Position numbers and translations under genes: made by a program. A stretch of DNA of 64,000 nucleotides. Source: a bacterium. Lineage in GTDB: Bacteria; Patescibacteriota; Dojkabacteria; SC72. Location: the NCBI GenBank assembly GCA_021108295.1, contig JAIORF010000005.1, forward strand, positions 72,531 through 136,530, given 5' to 3'. Below the pieces are notes generated by a model. It ran no database searches, was not told where the DNA came from, and was given only the letters and a program-made list of their open reading frames with translations. This document shows, in pieces, positions 36,383-46,006 of the stretch. Every line of letters begins with the position of its first letter. Position 1 is the first letter of the stretch.

Positions 36383-39300
36383 CAAAAACAATATATACGC
36401 AAGTTTTGAAGCGCTTAAATTATCCCTTGCTTCACCAGAACAGATCTTAGAATGGTCATACGGCGAAGTCACTAAGTCTGAGACTATCAATTACAGAACA
36501 TTCAAAGCAGAACCTGAAGGTCTTTTCTGTGAAAAGATATTTGGCCCAACAAAAAACTATGAGTGTTACTGTGGAAAGTACAAGAAGATTAGATATAAAG
36601 GGATTGTTTGTGATAAGTGTGGTGTTGAAGTAACAACAAAAGATGTAAGAAGAGAAAGAATGGGACATGTTAAATTAGCAGTACCTGTTGCTCACGTATG
36701 GTTTGCATATGGAGTTCCAAACAAAATGGCCATAGTCTTAAATATGTCTCACAAGAAATTACTCTCTGTAATTTACTACACGAGATATATGGTAATAGAG
36801 ATTGAAAAAAAATTAAGAAAAGAAACTCTTAAGAAAGCTCAAGCCCTTAAAACTCAAGATACAGACTCCTTACAATCAGAACTAGAAGAAGAGATTAAGC
36901 TCTCTTCAAAAGATTTTGATGGAAACATCAAAGAATCTAAGAAAGAAGGTGCTGATGAGTTTAAACTCAGTCAATTAGAACACAAAAAGAAACAAAGTTT
37001 AGCAAAAATAAGGAGAGAATTTGCAGAAAGAGAAGAAATAATTGAAATCTTTTACGATAGAATATTCCAACTGATAGAAAGTATCGAAATTGGAGAGACT
37101 CTTACAGAAGATGAATATATCGACCTAGAAGATAGAGACCTACTCTTTTTTAATGCCAAGATGGGAGCTCAAGCGATTAAGAAACTTCTTGACGATTTAG
37201 ACATTTCAGGAGAAGTGGCTAGATTAAGAAAAGATGCTAAAGAGCAAAAAGGAGAAAAGAAAGCCTCTACAATCAAAAGACTACAATATCTAGAAGGATT
37301 CTTAAAGAATGATATTGACCCAACATGGATGGTTATTGATGTATTACCAGTACTACCTCCAGAACTAAGACCTATTATCCCTCTATCCGGTGGTAAATTT
37401 GCAACATCTGACCTAAACGACCTCTACAGAAGAATTGTAACTAGAAACAACCGTCTAAGCAGACTAATTGAAATTGGTGCCCCCGAAGTTATTCTTAGAA
37501 ATGAAAAAAGGATGCTCCAAGAATCAGTTGATGCTTTGATAGACAACTCTCACAGACCATCTAAACCAATGATGAATAGTAAGAGATTGCCATATCAATC
37601 ACTAACAGACGATTTAAGAGGTAAGAAAGGTATCTTTAGAAAAAACCTACTTGGTAAACGAGTAGACTACTCTGGACGTGCCGTTATCGACGGAGATCCA
37701 AGTCTAAAGATAGACCAATGTGGTCTTCCAAAAGCAGTAGCATTGGAAATGTTCAAACCTTTTGTAATACACGAATTGCTTGAAGCAGAGCTTGCTCCAA
37801 ACATTAGAATTGCAAAAGAACAAATTGAAGAGGAAGAAGATATAGTATGGGATTTACTTGAGAAAGTAATTGATGGTAAACCCGTATTACTTAATCGTGC
37901 TCCAACACTTCATAAGTACAGTATTCAAGCTTTCTACCCTAGATTGGTAGAAGGAGATGCAATTAGATTACACCCATTAGTATGTAAGGCATTTAATGCT
38001 GACTTCGATGGAGATCAAATGGCTGTACATGTACTTTTGACACAAGAAGCTCTTGATGAGGCTAAGGAGAACATGATGGCTTCTAAGAATGTAGTAAATA
38101 TATCTAACGGTTTGGTGCTTGCTACTCCAAGTAAAGATATGTTGCTTGGATTCTTTATGCTAACCGACTTAAATGAAGTTAAGAAACCAAGAATTTTTGC
38201 ATCTACGGATTTAGCAGTAAAAGCATACGAAAGAGATGTTATAAACGCAAATGAAGAAATTTTGGTAAAGATAAACGATGAGGTTGTAAATACTTCTGTA
38301 GGTAGAGTGATTTTTAACAATATTCTTCCAGAAGACTACACCTTTATCAACGAAAGAATCGGTGGAACACAGATTAGAGAGATTGCTAACGATCTAAAAG
38401 ATAACTATCCTTGGGATCTTTTAGTTGAGACTCTTGATAATCTCAAACTATTAGGATTTAAATATGCAACGGACATTGGTTTCACAATGGCTCCTGAGGA
38501 TTGTAAGATTGATTTTGATCTTGAGAGTAGAATTGCAGAGATGGATAAGAAGGATGAACAGCTTCAGGATAACTACCTACAAGGTCTAATCACAGAGTCA
38601 GAGAAGATTAATCTTTCTATTACTATGTGGAATGATTTTGCAACAGAATTGGCAGATGAAGCATGGGAAGAGTTGGATAAGAACAACCCTATCTTCGAGA
38701 TGGTAGAGTCAGGTGCCAATGGTGGTAAGATTCAAGCAAGACAGGTACTTACAATCAAAGGTATGGTAAGAGATTCTAGAGGTAATTGGGTACCACTTCC
38801 GATTAAGGGTAACTACAGAGATGGACTAAGTTCTTTTGAATACTTTGTTGCTGCTAATGGTGGTAGGAAAGGTATTGCAGACAGATCTCTTAGAACTTCA
38901 TCTACTGGATACTTAACCAGAAAACTTGTAGATGTAGCACACGATGTAATCATTAGAGATGATAATTGTGGCTACGAGGGAGAGGGTTTAAGCATGAAGA
39001 GAGATGATGATAGGAGAATGACATTCGCTTCTAGAATATTTGGGAGAGTTTTAGCTCAGAATGTAGTAAGTGGTAAAAAGACTTTACTAAAGAAGGATGA
39101 GGCAATTACAAAAGAGATGAGTTACACTATCGATGAAGCAGGTATTGATGAGATATTCGTAAGATCACCATTACTTTGTAAGTCTCCATACGGTCTTTGT
39201 GCAAAATGTTATGGTCTTAATCTTGAAAATGGTACAGAGATAGATATGGGTAGAGCTGTGGGTGTAATAGCGGCACAGTCTATCGGAGAACCTGGTACAC

Positions 39301-40241
39301 AGATGACCATGCAGACATTCCATAAGGGTGGTGTTGCAACAATTGATATCACTCAGGGTATCCCAAGAATTGAAGAGCTATTTGAAGCAAGAAAACCAAA
39401 AGCTGAGGCAGAGATATCATCAATAACAGGTAAGGTCCATATTGATTATGCTGAAGATGATTCTGCAACCGTTATCATCACAGGTACTAAGAGAATGCAA
39501 AGGCATTACATTGTATCTGATGTTAAGGATATTACAGTATCAGACGGCTCAAAGGTTAAATCTGGTCAAATTATCTTTATTAACAAAGAAGGATCAGAAA
39601 AACAGGCTCCTTTTGAAGGAAAGGTAACCATTGAGGGTGGGATTATGGAATTTGTGGGAGATGTAAAGGCAGAAGAAGTTATAACAGTTCTTCCTAATGT
39701 CGCAGTACTCGTGAAAGAGGGAGACTCCATTACAGCAGGAACTCAGATTACACGTGGTTCAATTGATCCTAGAAAGCTTTCTGAACTTGCTGGTATACTT
39801 GCAGCACAGAAATATATCCTAGATGGTACACAACAGGTATTTAGTGAGCAGGGAGTTTCAATAGGAGATATTCATATCGAAATTATTCTTAAACAGATGG
39901 CTAGATTGGGTATTGTCATGGATTCTGGAGATTCAGATTACTTAGTTGGTTCTCTAGTCAATAGATTCATATCTAGGGTTAGAAATGAGTCTCTTGTTCA
40001 GAAGGATAAGAATAAGGCTTTAGTAATACCAAAACTTATGGGTATCAAGGGTTCTGCATTAAATACAGAAAGTTTCTTGTCTGCAATGTCATTCCAAGAG
40101 CAGGTAAGGGTGCTTACTAATAGTGCAATCCTTGGAAAGACAGATACATTAAGAGGTATGAAGGAGAATGTAATCATTGGAAGAAGAATTCCGTCTGGAG
40201 AGGGTGCTCGTTTAGAGAACCTGAAGGAGTATGATTTTTAA
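36375..40241 (+). CDS. rpoC: DNA-directed RNA polymerase subunit beta'
   Basis: 1288 aa with the zinc site CYCGKYKKIRYKGIVCDKCGVEV and the catalytic NADFDGDQMAVH. Confidence 0.9.
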   Translation: MNNKNNIYASFEALKLSLASPEQILEWSYGEVTKSETINYRTFKAEPEGLFCEKIFGPTKNYECYCGKYKKIRYKGIVCDKCGVEVTTKDVRRERMGHVKLAVPVAHVWFAYGVPNKMAIVLNMSHKKLLSVIYYTRYMVIEIEKKLRKETLKKAQALKTQDTDSLQSELEEEIKLSSKDFDGNIKESKKEGADEFKLSQLEHKKKQSLAKIRREFAEREEIIEIFYDRIFQLIESIEIGETLTEDEYIDLEDRDLLFFNAKMGAQAIKKLLDDLDISGEVARLRKDAKEQKGEKKASTIKRLQYLEGFLKNDIDPTWMVIDVLPVLPPELRPIIPLSGGKFATSDLNDLYRRIVTRNNRLSRLIEIGAPEVILRNEKRMLQESVDALIDNSHRPSKPMMNSKRLPYQSLTDDLRGKKGIFRKNLLGKRVDYSGRAVIDGDPSLKIDQCGLPKAVALEMFKPFVIHELLEAELAPNIRIAKEQIEEEEDIVWDLLEKVIDGKPVLLNRAPTLHKYSIQAFYPRLVEGDAIRLHPLVCKAFNADFDGDQMAVHVLLTQEALDEAKENMMASKNVVNISNGLVLATPSKDMLLGFFMLTDLNEVKKPRIFASTDLAVKAYERDVINANEEILVKINDEVVNTSVGRVIFNNILPEDYTFINERIGGTQIREIANDLKDNYPWDLLVETLDNLKLLGFKYATDIGFTMAPEDCKIDFDLESRIAEMDKKDEQLQDNYLQGLITESEKINLSITMWNDFATELADEAWEELDKNNPIFEMVESGANGGKIQARQVLTIKGMVRDSRGNWVPLPIKGNYRDGLSSFEYFVAANGGRKGIADRSLRTSSTGYLTRKLVDVAHDVIIRDDNCGYEGEGLSMKRDDDRRMTFASRIFGRVLAQNVVSGKKTLLKKDEAITKEMSYTIDEAGIDEIFVRSPLLCKSPYGLCAKCYGLNLENGTEIDMGRAVGVIAAQSIGEPGTQMTMQTFHKGGVATIDITQGIPRIEELFEARKPKAEAEISSITGKVHIDYAEDDSATVIITGTKRMQRHYIVSDVKDITVSDGSKVKSGQIIFINKEGSEKQAPFEGKVTIEGGIMEFVGDVKAEEVITVLPNVAVLVKEGDSITAGTQITRGSIDPRKLSELAGILAAQKYILDGTQQVFSEQGVSIGDIHIEIILKQMARLGIVMDSGDSDYLVGSLVNRFISRVRNESLVQKDKNKALVIPKLMGIKGSALNTESFLSAMSFQEQVRVLTNSAILGKTDTLRGMKENVIIGRRIPSGEGARLENLKEYDF

Positions 40242-40270
40242 TTATTTGATTTTATAGTATAATACTAGCC

Positions 40271-40678
40271 ATGCCAACGATAAATCAGTTAGTAAGAAAA
40301 CCTAGGAAGGATAAGAGAAAGAAGATAAAGCACCTTGCTTTAGCTACCAATCATAATCCACTTAAGAACAAGTATACCTTAGCAAATAATCCTTTTAAGA
40401 GAGGTATTTGTTTGCAGGTTAAGACGATGACTCCTAAGAAGCCTAACTCTGCTTTAAGAAAAGTAGCAAGAGTAAAGCTTTCTAATGGTCAGGAGATAAC
40501 AGCATACATTCCTGGAGAGGGTCATAATCTTCAAGAGCACTCTGTAGTGCTAGTTAAGGCTGGTAGAAAGAGGGACTTGCCAGGGGTAAGATATATCATT
40601 GTAAGAGGTAAGTATGATTGTGCAGGTGTTGCTAATAGAAAGAAGGCTAGATCTAAGTATGGAGTTAAGCGTAGTTAA
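40271..40678 (+). CDS. rpsL: 30S ribosomal protein S12
   Basis: [13 protein letters not shown]...[14 protein letters not shown]... is canonical S12. Confidence 0.9.
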   Translation: MPTINQLVRKPRKDKRKKIKHLALATNHNPLKNKYTLANNPFKRGICLQVKTMTPKKPNSALRKVARVKLSNGQEITAYIPGEGHNLQEHSVVLVKAGRKRDLPGVRYIIVRGKYDCAGVANRKKARSKYGVKRS

Positions 40679-40702
40679 AGATTAATATTTAAGTAGATAA
40701 TT

Positions 40703-41170
40703 ATGAGGGGAAAAAGAGCAAAAGTTAAACAACCAACGTTAGATAGGAAGTATAATAACCCTATCATAGGTAGAATCATAAATAAGGTAATGCAGGATGG
40801 TAAGAAAAGTCTTGCAGAGGATCTTGTATATAGTGCTATCGAAGAGGGAGCTTCTAAGGTGAAGGTTGAAGTTGTAGAGTTTATAAATCAAGCTATTGAT
40901 AATATTAGACCGGCTCTTGAGCTTAAGGCTAGGAGAGTGGGTGGTGCTAATTATCAAGTCCCTATCCCTGTAACTCCAGTGAGACAGGAGACTTTAGCAG
41001 TAAGATGGGTTGTAGATATTGCTAGGGGTAAGAGTGGTAAGTCTTTTGATAAGATTTTGATGAAAGAATTTCTTGAGGCATTTAAGGGAGAGGGAGAGGC
41101 AATAAAGAAGAAGGTTGATATAGAAAGAATGGCAGAGGCTAATAAGGCATTTGCTCATTTTAGATGGTAA
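40703..41170 (+). CDS. rpsG: 30S ribosomal protein S7
   Basis: 155 aa ending ...KKVDIERMAEANKAFAHFRW. This is canonical S7. Confidence 0.9.
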   Translation: MRGKRAKVKQPTLDRKYNNPIIGRIINKVMQDGKKSLAEDLVYSAIEEGASKVKVEVVEFINQAIDNIRPALELKARRVGGANYQVPIPVTPVRQETLAVRWVVDIARGKSGKSFDKILMKEFLEAFKGEGEAIKKKVDIERMAEANKAFAHFRW

Positions 41171-41192
41171 TATCTTAAAAGGAATTAATAAA

Positions 41193-41225
41193 AAAGAGGA
41201 GGTTTAACCTCCTCTTTCTCTTTAT
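41193..41225. terminator. Bidirectional Rho-independent terminator hairpin
   Basis: AAAGAGGAGG-tttaa-CCTCCTCTTT is a 10-bp stem followed by a T-rich run. It lies between the convergent rpsG and the Pro-rich gene. Confidence 0.5.
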
Positions 41226-41234
41226 ATGTCCGAA

Positions 41235-42305
41235 TTACATACCAACTGGTTGTACAGGTGGTGGATTATTAACATCTGGCATAACAGGTGTTACTTGTTC
41301 TACAGGTTGATTAATGTCTCCAACAGAAGGTGTAGGTTTTCGTGTATTAATATCAGGCATAATAGGAATCTCTCCTACCATAGGTTGACTAATATCAACA
41401 GTAGGTGGGGTTGGTTCTGGCATAGGGGTTTGTATATCTGGCATAGCAGGAGATACCTGCTCTACAGGTTGAGTAATATCAACGACAGGTGGTGTAGGTT
41501 TTCGTGTATTAATATCGGGCATAATAGGTACTTCTTCTACCATAGGTTGGCTAATATCAACAGGGGGTGGGGTTGGTTCTGGTGTAGGGGTTTGTATATT
41601 TGGCATAACAGGAGATACCTGTTCTACAGGTTGATTAATCTCTACAACAGGAGGAATTGAATCTGGTGCAGGAGTGTCAACAATAGGTGTAGTAGGTCTC
41701 TGTGTATTAACATCTGGCATGATAGGTGCTTCTTCTACCATAGGTTGACTAATATCAACAGTAGGCGGAGTTGGTGTAGGGCTTTGTATATTAGGCATAA
41801 CAGGAGCTTGTTGTTCTACTGGTTGAATAGGTTTGATATCAGGTGGTTGAGGAACTGAGGAATTTAAAGCATCCATAATAGATTGCATATCATCACTCAC
41901 CTTTTCTGGAGAGGGAGGTGTATTTGCTTGTGTAGTACCTAGTTCTGGAGTAGGAGTAGAAGGTTCAGGAGTTAAATCTTCTAGATCTTCACTTCTTTGA
42001 GAGTTGTCAGGTAAGGGGATTTCTTTATTATAAAGATCTTTGTTCTGAACTGTTGGTTGATCTGGTGTTGGAACTACTGCTGGTGTAGGGGTATTTAGAT
42101 CTTGCATAACAGGAGCTTCTTCTTGTTGCATTTTTGGGGTAAATATCTCAGGTTCTTCAGTAGCAGGGGTTTCTTCTTTGAAGGTTTTAGAAGAGATTAT
42201 TTCTTTTGTATCATCTTCTTTGTTTCCCTTGATTACGGCTAATATAATAGAGATACCGACTATTAGTATTAGTACAACGAGGATTATTATAATAGTAGTA
42301 TTCAT
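41235..42305 (-). CDS. Pro/Thr-rich tandem-repeat protein with an N-terminal TM anchor
   Basis: 356 aa. The N-terminus reads MNTTIIIILVVLILIVGISIILAVI. Three ~54-66-aa repeats then follow, for example QPMVEEVPIMPDINTRKPTPPVVDITQPVEQVSPAMPDIQTPMPEPTPPTVDIS. Confidence 0.5.
   Translation of the reverse strand: MNTTIIIILVVLILIVGISIILAVIKGNKEDDTKEIISSKTFKEETPATEEPEIFTPKMQQEEAPVMQDLNTPTPAVVPTPDQPTVQNKDLYNKEIPLPDNSQRSEDLEDLTPEPSTPTPELGTTQANTPPSPEKVSDDMQSIMDALNSSVPQPPDIKPIQPVEQQAPVMPNIQSPTPTPPTVDISQPMVEEAPIMPDVNTQRPTTPIVDTPAPDSIPPVVEINQPVEQVSPVMPNIQTPTPEPTPPPVDISQPMVEEVPIMPDINTRKPTPPVVDITQPVEQVSPAMPDIQTPMPEPTPPTVDISQPMVGEIPIMPDINTRKPTPSVGDINQPVEQVTPVMPDVNNPPPVQPVGM
41238..41760. repeat. Imperfect ~162-bp tandem DNA repeats, about 3 copies, inside the Pro-rich gene
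   Basis: The unit ccataggttgRctaatatcaacaGNaggYggRgttggt... recurs near 41378, 41540 and 41739. The antisense ORF 41226..41660 shows the same periodicity. Confidence 0.5.
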
Positions 42306-42390
42306 TCTTAAGCAGTTTAAAGTTATCTATATACAGAATATATTAAAAGAAGGAGGGTGTAAAGATGGGGTATGGGTTACATACATTGTC

Positions 42391-42420
42391 TTGTGATATC
42401 GTCTAACCGAATGATATACT
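42391..42420 (+). promoter_or_regulatory. Promoter TTGTGA-N18-TATACT, copy A of a 45-nt duplicated element
   Basis: TTGTGA at 42391..42396, TATACT at 42415..42420. AAGGA at 42431..42435 is followed by a GTG-start 24-codon ORF (42443..42517). Confidence 0.4.
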
Positions 42421-42537
42421 TAATCTAGTTAAGGACAAACAAGTGTATCTTTTATTAGTCGTTTGGTATGCTTGGAAATGGCCTAATCGTGAGGTTAGCT
42501 CTGATGATAAAACCTAATAAATTAAACAATAAAACAT

Positions 42538-43080
42538 ATGAAAAATATCCCCCTACGCAAAGCTGCAATGATTGCAGGTGCTAGTTTAGTATTAATGACG
42601 ATTTTAGCAATCATTTTCCTTCTTGATATACAAGCCACATTCTATTCAATTGTTGGGATTTCAATAATCATTATTCTTGATATTACAGTTGCATTAGCAC
42701 TCTATTTCTTGTTAAAACCAGTAAACAAAAACATCTCCTTATCAATGTCTCTGTTTAGAATTATATATGCAGTAATCTTTGCAATAGCTTTGTATAATAT
42801 CTATGACTTAACAACATTTCATTCCATTTGGGATATTGGATCCATCTTCTTTGGAATTCACCTTTTCATTTTAGGTTTTCTAGTTTGTAAATCAAGATAT
42901 ATTCCAAAATGGCTTGGTATTCTAGTTGTCATTGCATCATTGGGGTATATAATAGATCCACTTCTGAAGTTTTCTGGATACACATTTGAGATTGGAATGT
43001 TCACTTTTAGCGGAGAGGTTTTGTTTGCGCTATGGCTAGTAATCAAAGGTAGGAAAATATCTGACAAATCCATTTCGTAA
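42538..43080 (+). CDS. Hypothetical polytopic membrane protein (180 aa, 5-6 TM)
   Basis: Intact ORF MKNIPLRKAAMIAGASLVLMTILAIIFLL.... It resembles small DUF-type integral membrane families; no catalytic motif. Confidence 0.4.
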   Translation: MKNIPLRKAAMIAGASLVLMTILAIIFLLDIQATFYSIVGISIIIILDITVALALYFLLKPVNKNISLSMSLFRIIYAVIFAIALYNIYDLTTFHSIWDIGSIFFGIHLFILGFLVCKSRYIPKWLGILVVIASLGYIIDPLLKFSGYTFEIGMFTFSGEVLFALWLVIKGRKISDKSIS

Positions 43081-43085
43081 TGTTT

Positions 43086-43115
43086 TTGTGACATCCTCTA
43101 ACCAAATGATATACT
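43086..43115 (+). promoter_or_regulatory. Promoter TTGTGA-N18-TATACT, copy B of the duplicated element
   Basis: TTGTGA at 43086..43091, TATACT at 43110..43115. The conserved ttaaggacaa SD-like tail lies at 43137..43146. Confidence 0.4.
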
Positions 43116-43220
43116 AAATTTAATAAATTCTTATTATTAAGGACAATCATTATAAACAACAAAGAGCAATTCAAAATCATTGGCATTTCAGTTAGAACAA
43201 CCAATGAAAATGAGAAAGCA

Positions 43221-43604
43221 ATGAGCGATATCCCTGCATTATGGAACAAGTTTTTATCAGAAAAACTAATTGAAAAAATACCGAATAAATTGAGTCTAGA
43301 GATTTATTGTATCTACACAGAATACGAGAAAGACCATACAAAACCATATACAACAATAATTGGTTGTAAAGTTGAGAACTTAGATGAAATACCTGAAGGA
43401 ATGATAGGAAAAGAATTTAAAGCTGGTAAATATCAAAGATTTGTTGCGAAGGGAGATACGACAAAAGGCTGTGTTGTTCAAGAATGGTTAAAGATTTGGA
43501 ATTCTGACTTAGAAAGAGTGTACACAGCAGATTTTGAAGTTTATGGTGAAAAGGCTCAAAACCCAAAAAATGCAGAAGTTGAAATTTTTGTTGCAATTAA
43601 ATAA
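43221..43604 (+). CDS. GyrI-like (SbmC / AraC effector-binding fold) small-molecule-binding protein; the true start is probably upstream on a non-canonical codon
   Basis: The IPALWNKF...KPYTTIIGCKVE...EFKAGKYQRF fold is GyrI-like. The frame is open back to 43110 and encodes ...KEQFKIIGISVRTTNENEKA, which is still part of the domain. There is no ATG, GTG or TTG between the promoter and 43221. Confidence 0.5.
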   Translation: MSDIPALWNKFLSEKLIEKIPNKLSLEIYCIYTEYEKDHTKPYTTIIGCKVENLDEIPEGMIGKEFKAGKYQRFVAKGDTTKGCVVQEWLKIWNSDLERVYTADFEVYGEKAQNPKNAEVEIFVAIK

Positions 43605-43614
43605 AGGAGATATT

Positions 43615-43887
43615 ATGACTATAAACAAGAGAGAGATATTAAACAATATTTGTTATACAGAACTTGTTTACGAGAGAATAAATAAGAAGCTTAATATTGA
43701 GTTCTCAAAGAAACAGATTGAAGAATATATACTCAAGGTTGTAAAAGAAACTGAGGAAAAGTTCTTTAAAGAAGTTGGAAAAAACTTTTATATTATAAAT
43801 ATAGAGAATAATATTAAAATAACGATAAACTCAAATACTTTTAGAGTTATAACTGTTGACAGAATTGAGAGAAAAACATATTTTTGA
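43615..43887 (+). CDS. Hypothetical 90-aa protein
   Basis: AAAGGAGATATT-ATG is a good SD; MTINKREILNNICYTELVYERINKK.... The ORF track's upstream start at 43534 overlaps the previous gene, so the ATG at 43615 is preferred. Confidence 0.35.
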   Translation: MTINKREILNNICYTELVYERINKKLNIEFSKKQIEEYILKVVKETEEKFFKEVGKNFYIINIENNIKITINSNTFRVITVDRIERKTYF

Positions 43888-43893
43888 TGTATA

Positions 43894-44763
43894 ATGGAAA
43901 CAGAAATTCTAAAAAGATTAATTAATAAATTAAGAAAAAAAACTATGAAGAACAAAACAATGCTAATCATCGCCTGTTTGGTAATAATTATAGCAACTTT
44001 AGTCGCTTGGAGCTTACTTGGGGAAGATATTGTAAGTACAACTAAAGAACAGATGGAAGAGCTAGAGACAACAGATGATCTGAATAAAGATGTTGGAAAT
44101 GAACAAGGGTCGGGAATTACGGAGGAAGAAGGACTGATTGCTTATTACCCTTTTGATGGAGACGCTAAAGATTACTCAGGTGAAGGTGAAAACGCGACCA
44201 ATTACGGTACGGCTTATGTAGAAGGTAAAGAAGGAAAAGCTCTGGGCTTTGAAAATAGGGATAATTATGTTTATGCACCAGTTGATATCAACCCAGCTTC
44301 AATGCCACAGATGACAATGACGGCGTGGGTCAAAGCAAGAGAAGGAAGTATCATTGTTAGACAGGTGATAGGTAATCAAGGTGATAATGACGATTATAAT
44401 CGAAGTATGGGAACGGATTTTAGAGGAGGTGGAAAAGGATGGTCATGCTTTGCTGGTACTGGAAAAGTTTTGGGATATGAGCCTGTTGTTGCTGATAAAT
44501 GGACATTCATTGCGACGGTTTATAATCAAACTGCTGGTACAGTAAAATTATTTATAGATGGTTCTATTTATGAGAAAGAGGGTATCTTAGCCGATAATGG
44601 TAATGATCATATTTTAATTGGCGCTGAAGGAGTTGTTGTTGAGGAACAAAGTCATCATTTTAATGGGGTTGTTGATGAGGTAAAAATTTATGATTATGCG
44701 TTGTCTGATACAGAATTAAATTCACTTTATAAGACTGGGACTGCAAAACTGGAGTCTGAGTAG
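43894..44763 (+). CDS. LamG-like (concanavalin A-like lectin/glucanase) domain protein, N-terminally anchored
   Basis: TM LIIACLVIIIATLVAWSLL; then a domain ending ...FNGVVDEVKIYDYALSDTELNSLYKT, which is the characteristic Laminin_G_3 C-terminal strand. An alternative start MKNKTMLII lies at ~43945. Confidence 0.5.
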   Translation: METEILKRLINKLRKKTMKNKTMLIIACLVIIIATLVAWSLLGEDIVSTTKEQMEELETTDDLNKDVGNEQGSGITEEEGLIAYYPFDGDAKDYSGEGENATNYGTAYVEGKEGKALGFENRDNYVYAPVDINPASMPQMTMTAWVKAREGSIIVRQVIGNQGDNDDYNRSMGTDFRGGGKGWSCFAGTGKVLGYEPVVADKWTFIATVYNQTAGTVKLFIDGSIYEKEGILADNGNDHILIGAEGVVVEEQSHHFNGVVDEVKIYDYALSDTELNSLYKTGTAKLESE

Positions 44764-44849
44764 TTCTCTATTGCTCTGAGTGTGGGAAGAGAAAGTGACA
44801 TTGTAAAGGATTTCAATATGGCAGTAGAAAGATTTATAAATACTTAATA

Positions 44850-45173
44850 TTGTTAAGGTTCACGATGAACAAAAGATTAATCTATGCATACATATGCTTA
44901 GCATTAACTAACCCAATTGGGACAGGAATACTTATGCTTACTGGTTGGTTGTGTGGAGACAAACCAATTATTATAATTGTAGCTTCTTCATTATTATCAA
45001 TCATCATAGCGATTCTATGTTTGAAAGAATATAACAAAAAGATTATCAAAACCTTGTACTACTCAGTTCCTATATTCTCTATAATAATTTCCCTATTCTT
45101 GTATCCGTTTTGGCAGGTTACGCAAAATTCGAAGATAGTGTACTCAATAAAACATGGCCCTTTGTTTGGATGA
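44850..45173 (+). CDS. Hypothetical small membrane protein (107 aa)
   Basis: Intact ORF with 3 hydrophobic segments. Confidence 0.3.
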   Translation: MLRFTMNKRLIYAYICLALTNPIGTGILMLTGWLCGDKPIIIIVASSLLSIIIAILCLKEYNKKIIKTLYYSVPIFSIIISLFLYPFWQVTQNSKIVYSIKHGPLFG

Positions 45174-45297
45174 ATGTTTTTTGGATTGCACAAATAGTAG
45201 TAGCTTCCTTCACGTTTAAAAAAGGAATAAAACAGAAGGGCTTGTAACTCAGGAGGGGATAAAGAATGTATATATTTAAACTTTTAACATTACAACT

Positions 45298-45696
45298 ATG
45301 GAGATAAGATTAAAGCAAAACAAATTAAATTCACCTACAATCTATATTCAAGCTGTTATTGCAGTACTCCTTATTCAGCTAGTCCATAAGATTGTCCGTG
45401 AGATACCAGGAGCAATTAATCTTGGTGGGGTAGGGGCAATAGCAACTCCAATATTTGCAGGATTACTTGTGATTAGCATAATACTACTAATTCTGAGAAA
45501 CAAGTATGGAATATTTCTAGGTTTAATAGCTGGAGTATGGATGATATTCCAACCAATACTTGTACATATAATCATGGCACATCCGGATCAAAATGGAATA
45601 TGGTGGTATCCGGTATTTCCTTGGTTTCAAGCAATATTAATAATATATTTCTCATCCCTTATTTTGCGGAATGAAAAGAATATAGAGAGGGGATAG
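45298..45696 (+). CDS. Hypothetical small membrane protein (132 aa)
   Basis: Intact ORF with 4 hydrophobic segments. Confidence 0.3.
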   Translation: MEIRLKQNKLNSPTIYIQAVIAVLLIQLVHKIVREIPGAINLGGVGAIATPIFAGLLVISIILLILRNKYGIFLGLIAGVWMIFQPILVHIIMAHPDQNGIWWYPVFPWFQAILIIYFSSLILRNEKNIERG

Positions 45697-45752
45697 TTCG
45701 GAATCATTGGTTTACATAAAAACATTTATATAACTTCACCTTAATAAATAAT

Positions 45753-45980
45753 ATGCCAGAATTAAAACTTGGTAAATATAAACACTACAAAGGGAAACAA
45801 TATGAAGTTATTGCTCTCGCAAAACATAGTGAAACACTAGAAGAATTGGTAATCTACAAAGCACTTTACGAATCTAAAGAATTTGGAAATAATGCTGTGT
45901 GGGCAAGACCAAAAAGTATGTTTTTTGAAACTGTTAATATTGATGGAAAAGAAACACCTCGTTTTAAGTCTGTTGAATAA
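45753..45980 (+). CDS. DUF1653-like small protein
   Basis: YKHYKGKQYEVIALAKHSETLEELVIYKALYES...AVWARPKSMFFETV matches the DUF1653 pattern. Confidence 0.5.
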   Translation: MPELKLGKYKHYKGKQYEVIALAKHSETLEELVIYKALYESKEFGNNAVWARPKSMFFETVNIDGKETPRFKSVE

Positions 45981-46006
45981 AACAGAACTTTTTCTAAAAT
46001 ACTAAA

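Noticed and set aside
40246-40263. Independent rpsL promoter
   Set aside because: A TATAAT box sits 7 nt before the ATG, but no convincing -35 element is present. rpsL directly follows rpoC, so read-through transcription is the simpler explanation. I kept it only as a weak example in the leaderless finding.
41226-41660. Plus-strand 144-aa ORF rich in W, R, N and Y with internal repeats
   Set aside because: It is the antisense shadow of the tandem repeats inside the minus-strand Pro-rich gene. The periodic sequence keeps the frame open by chance.
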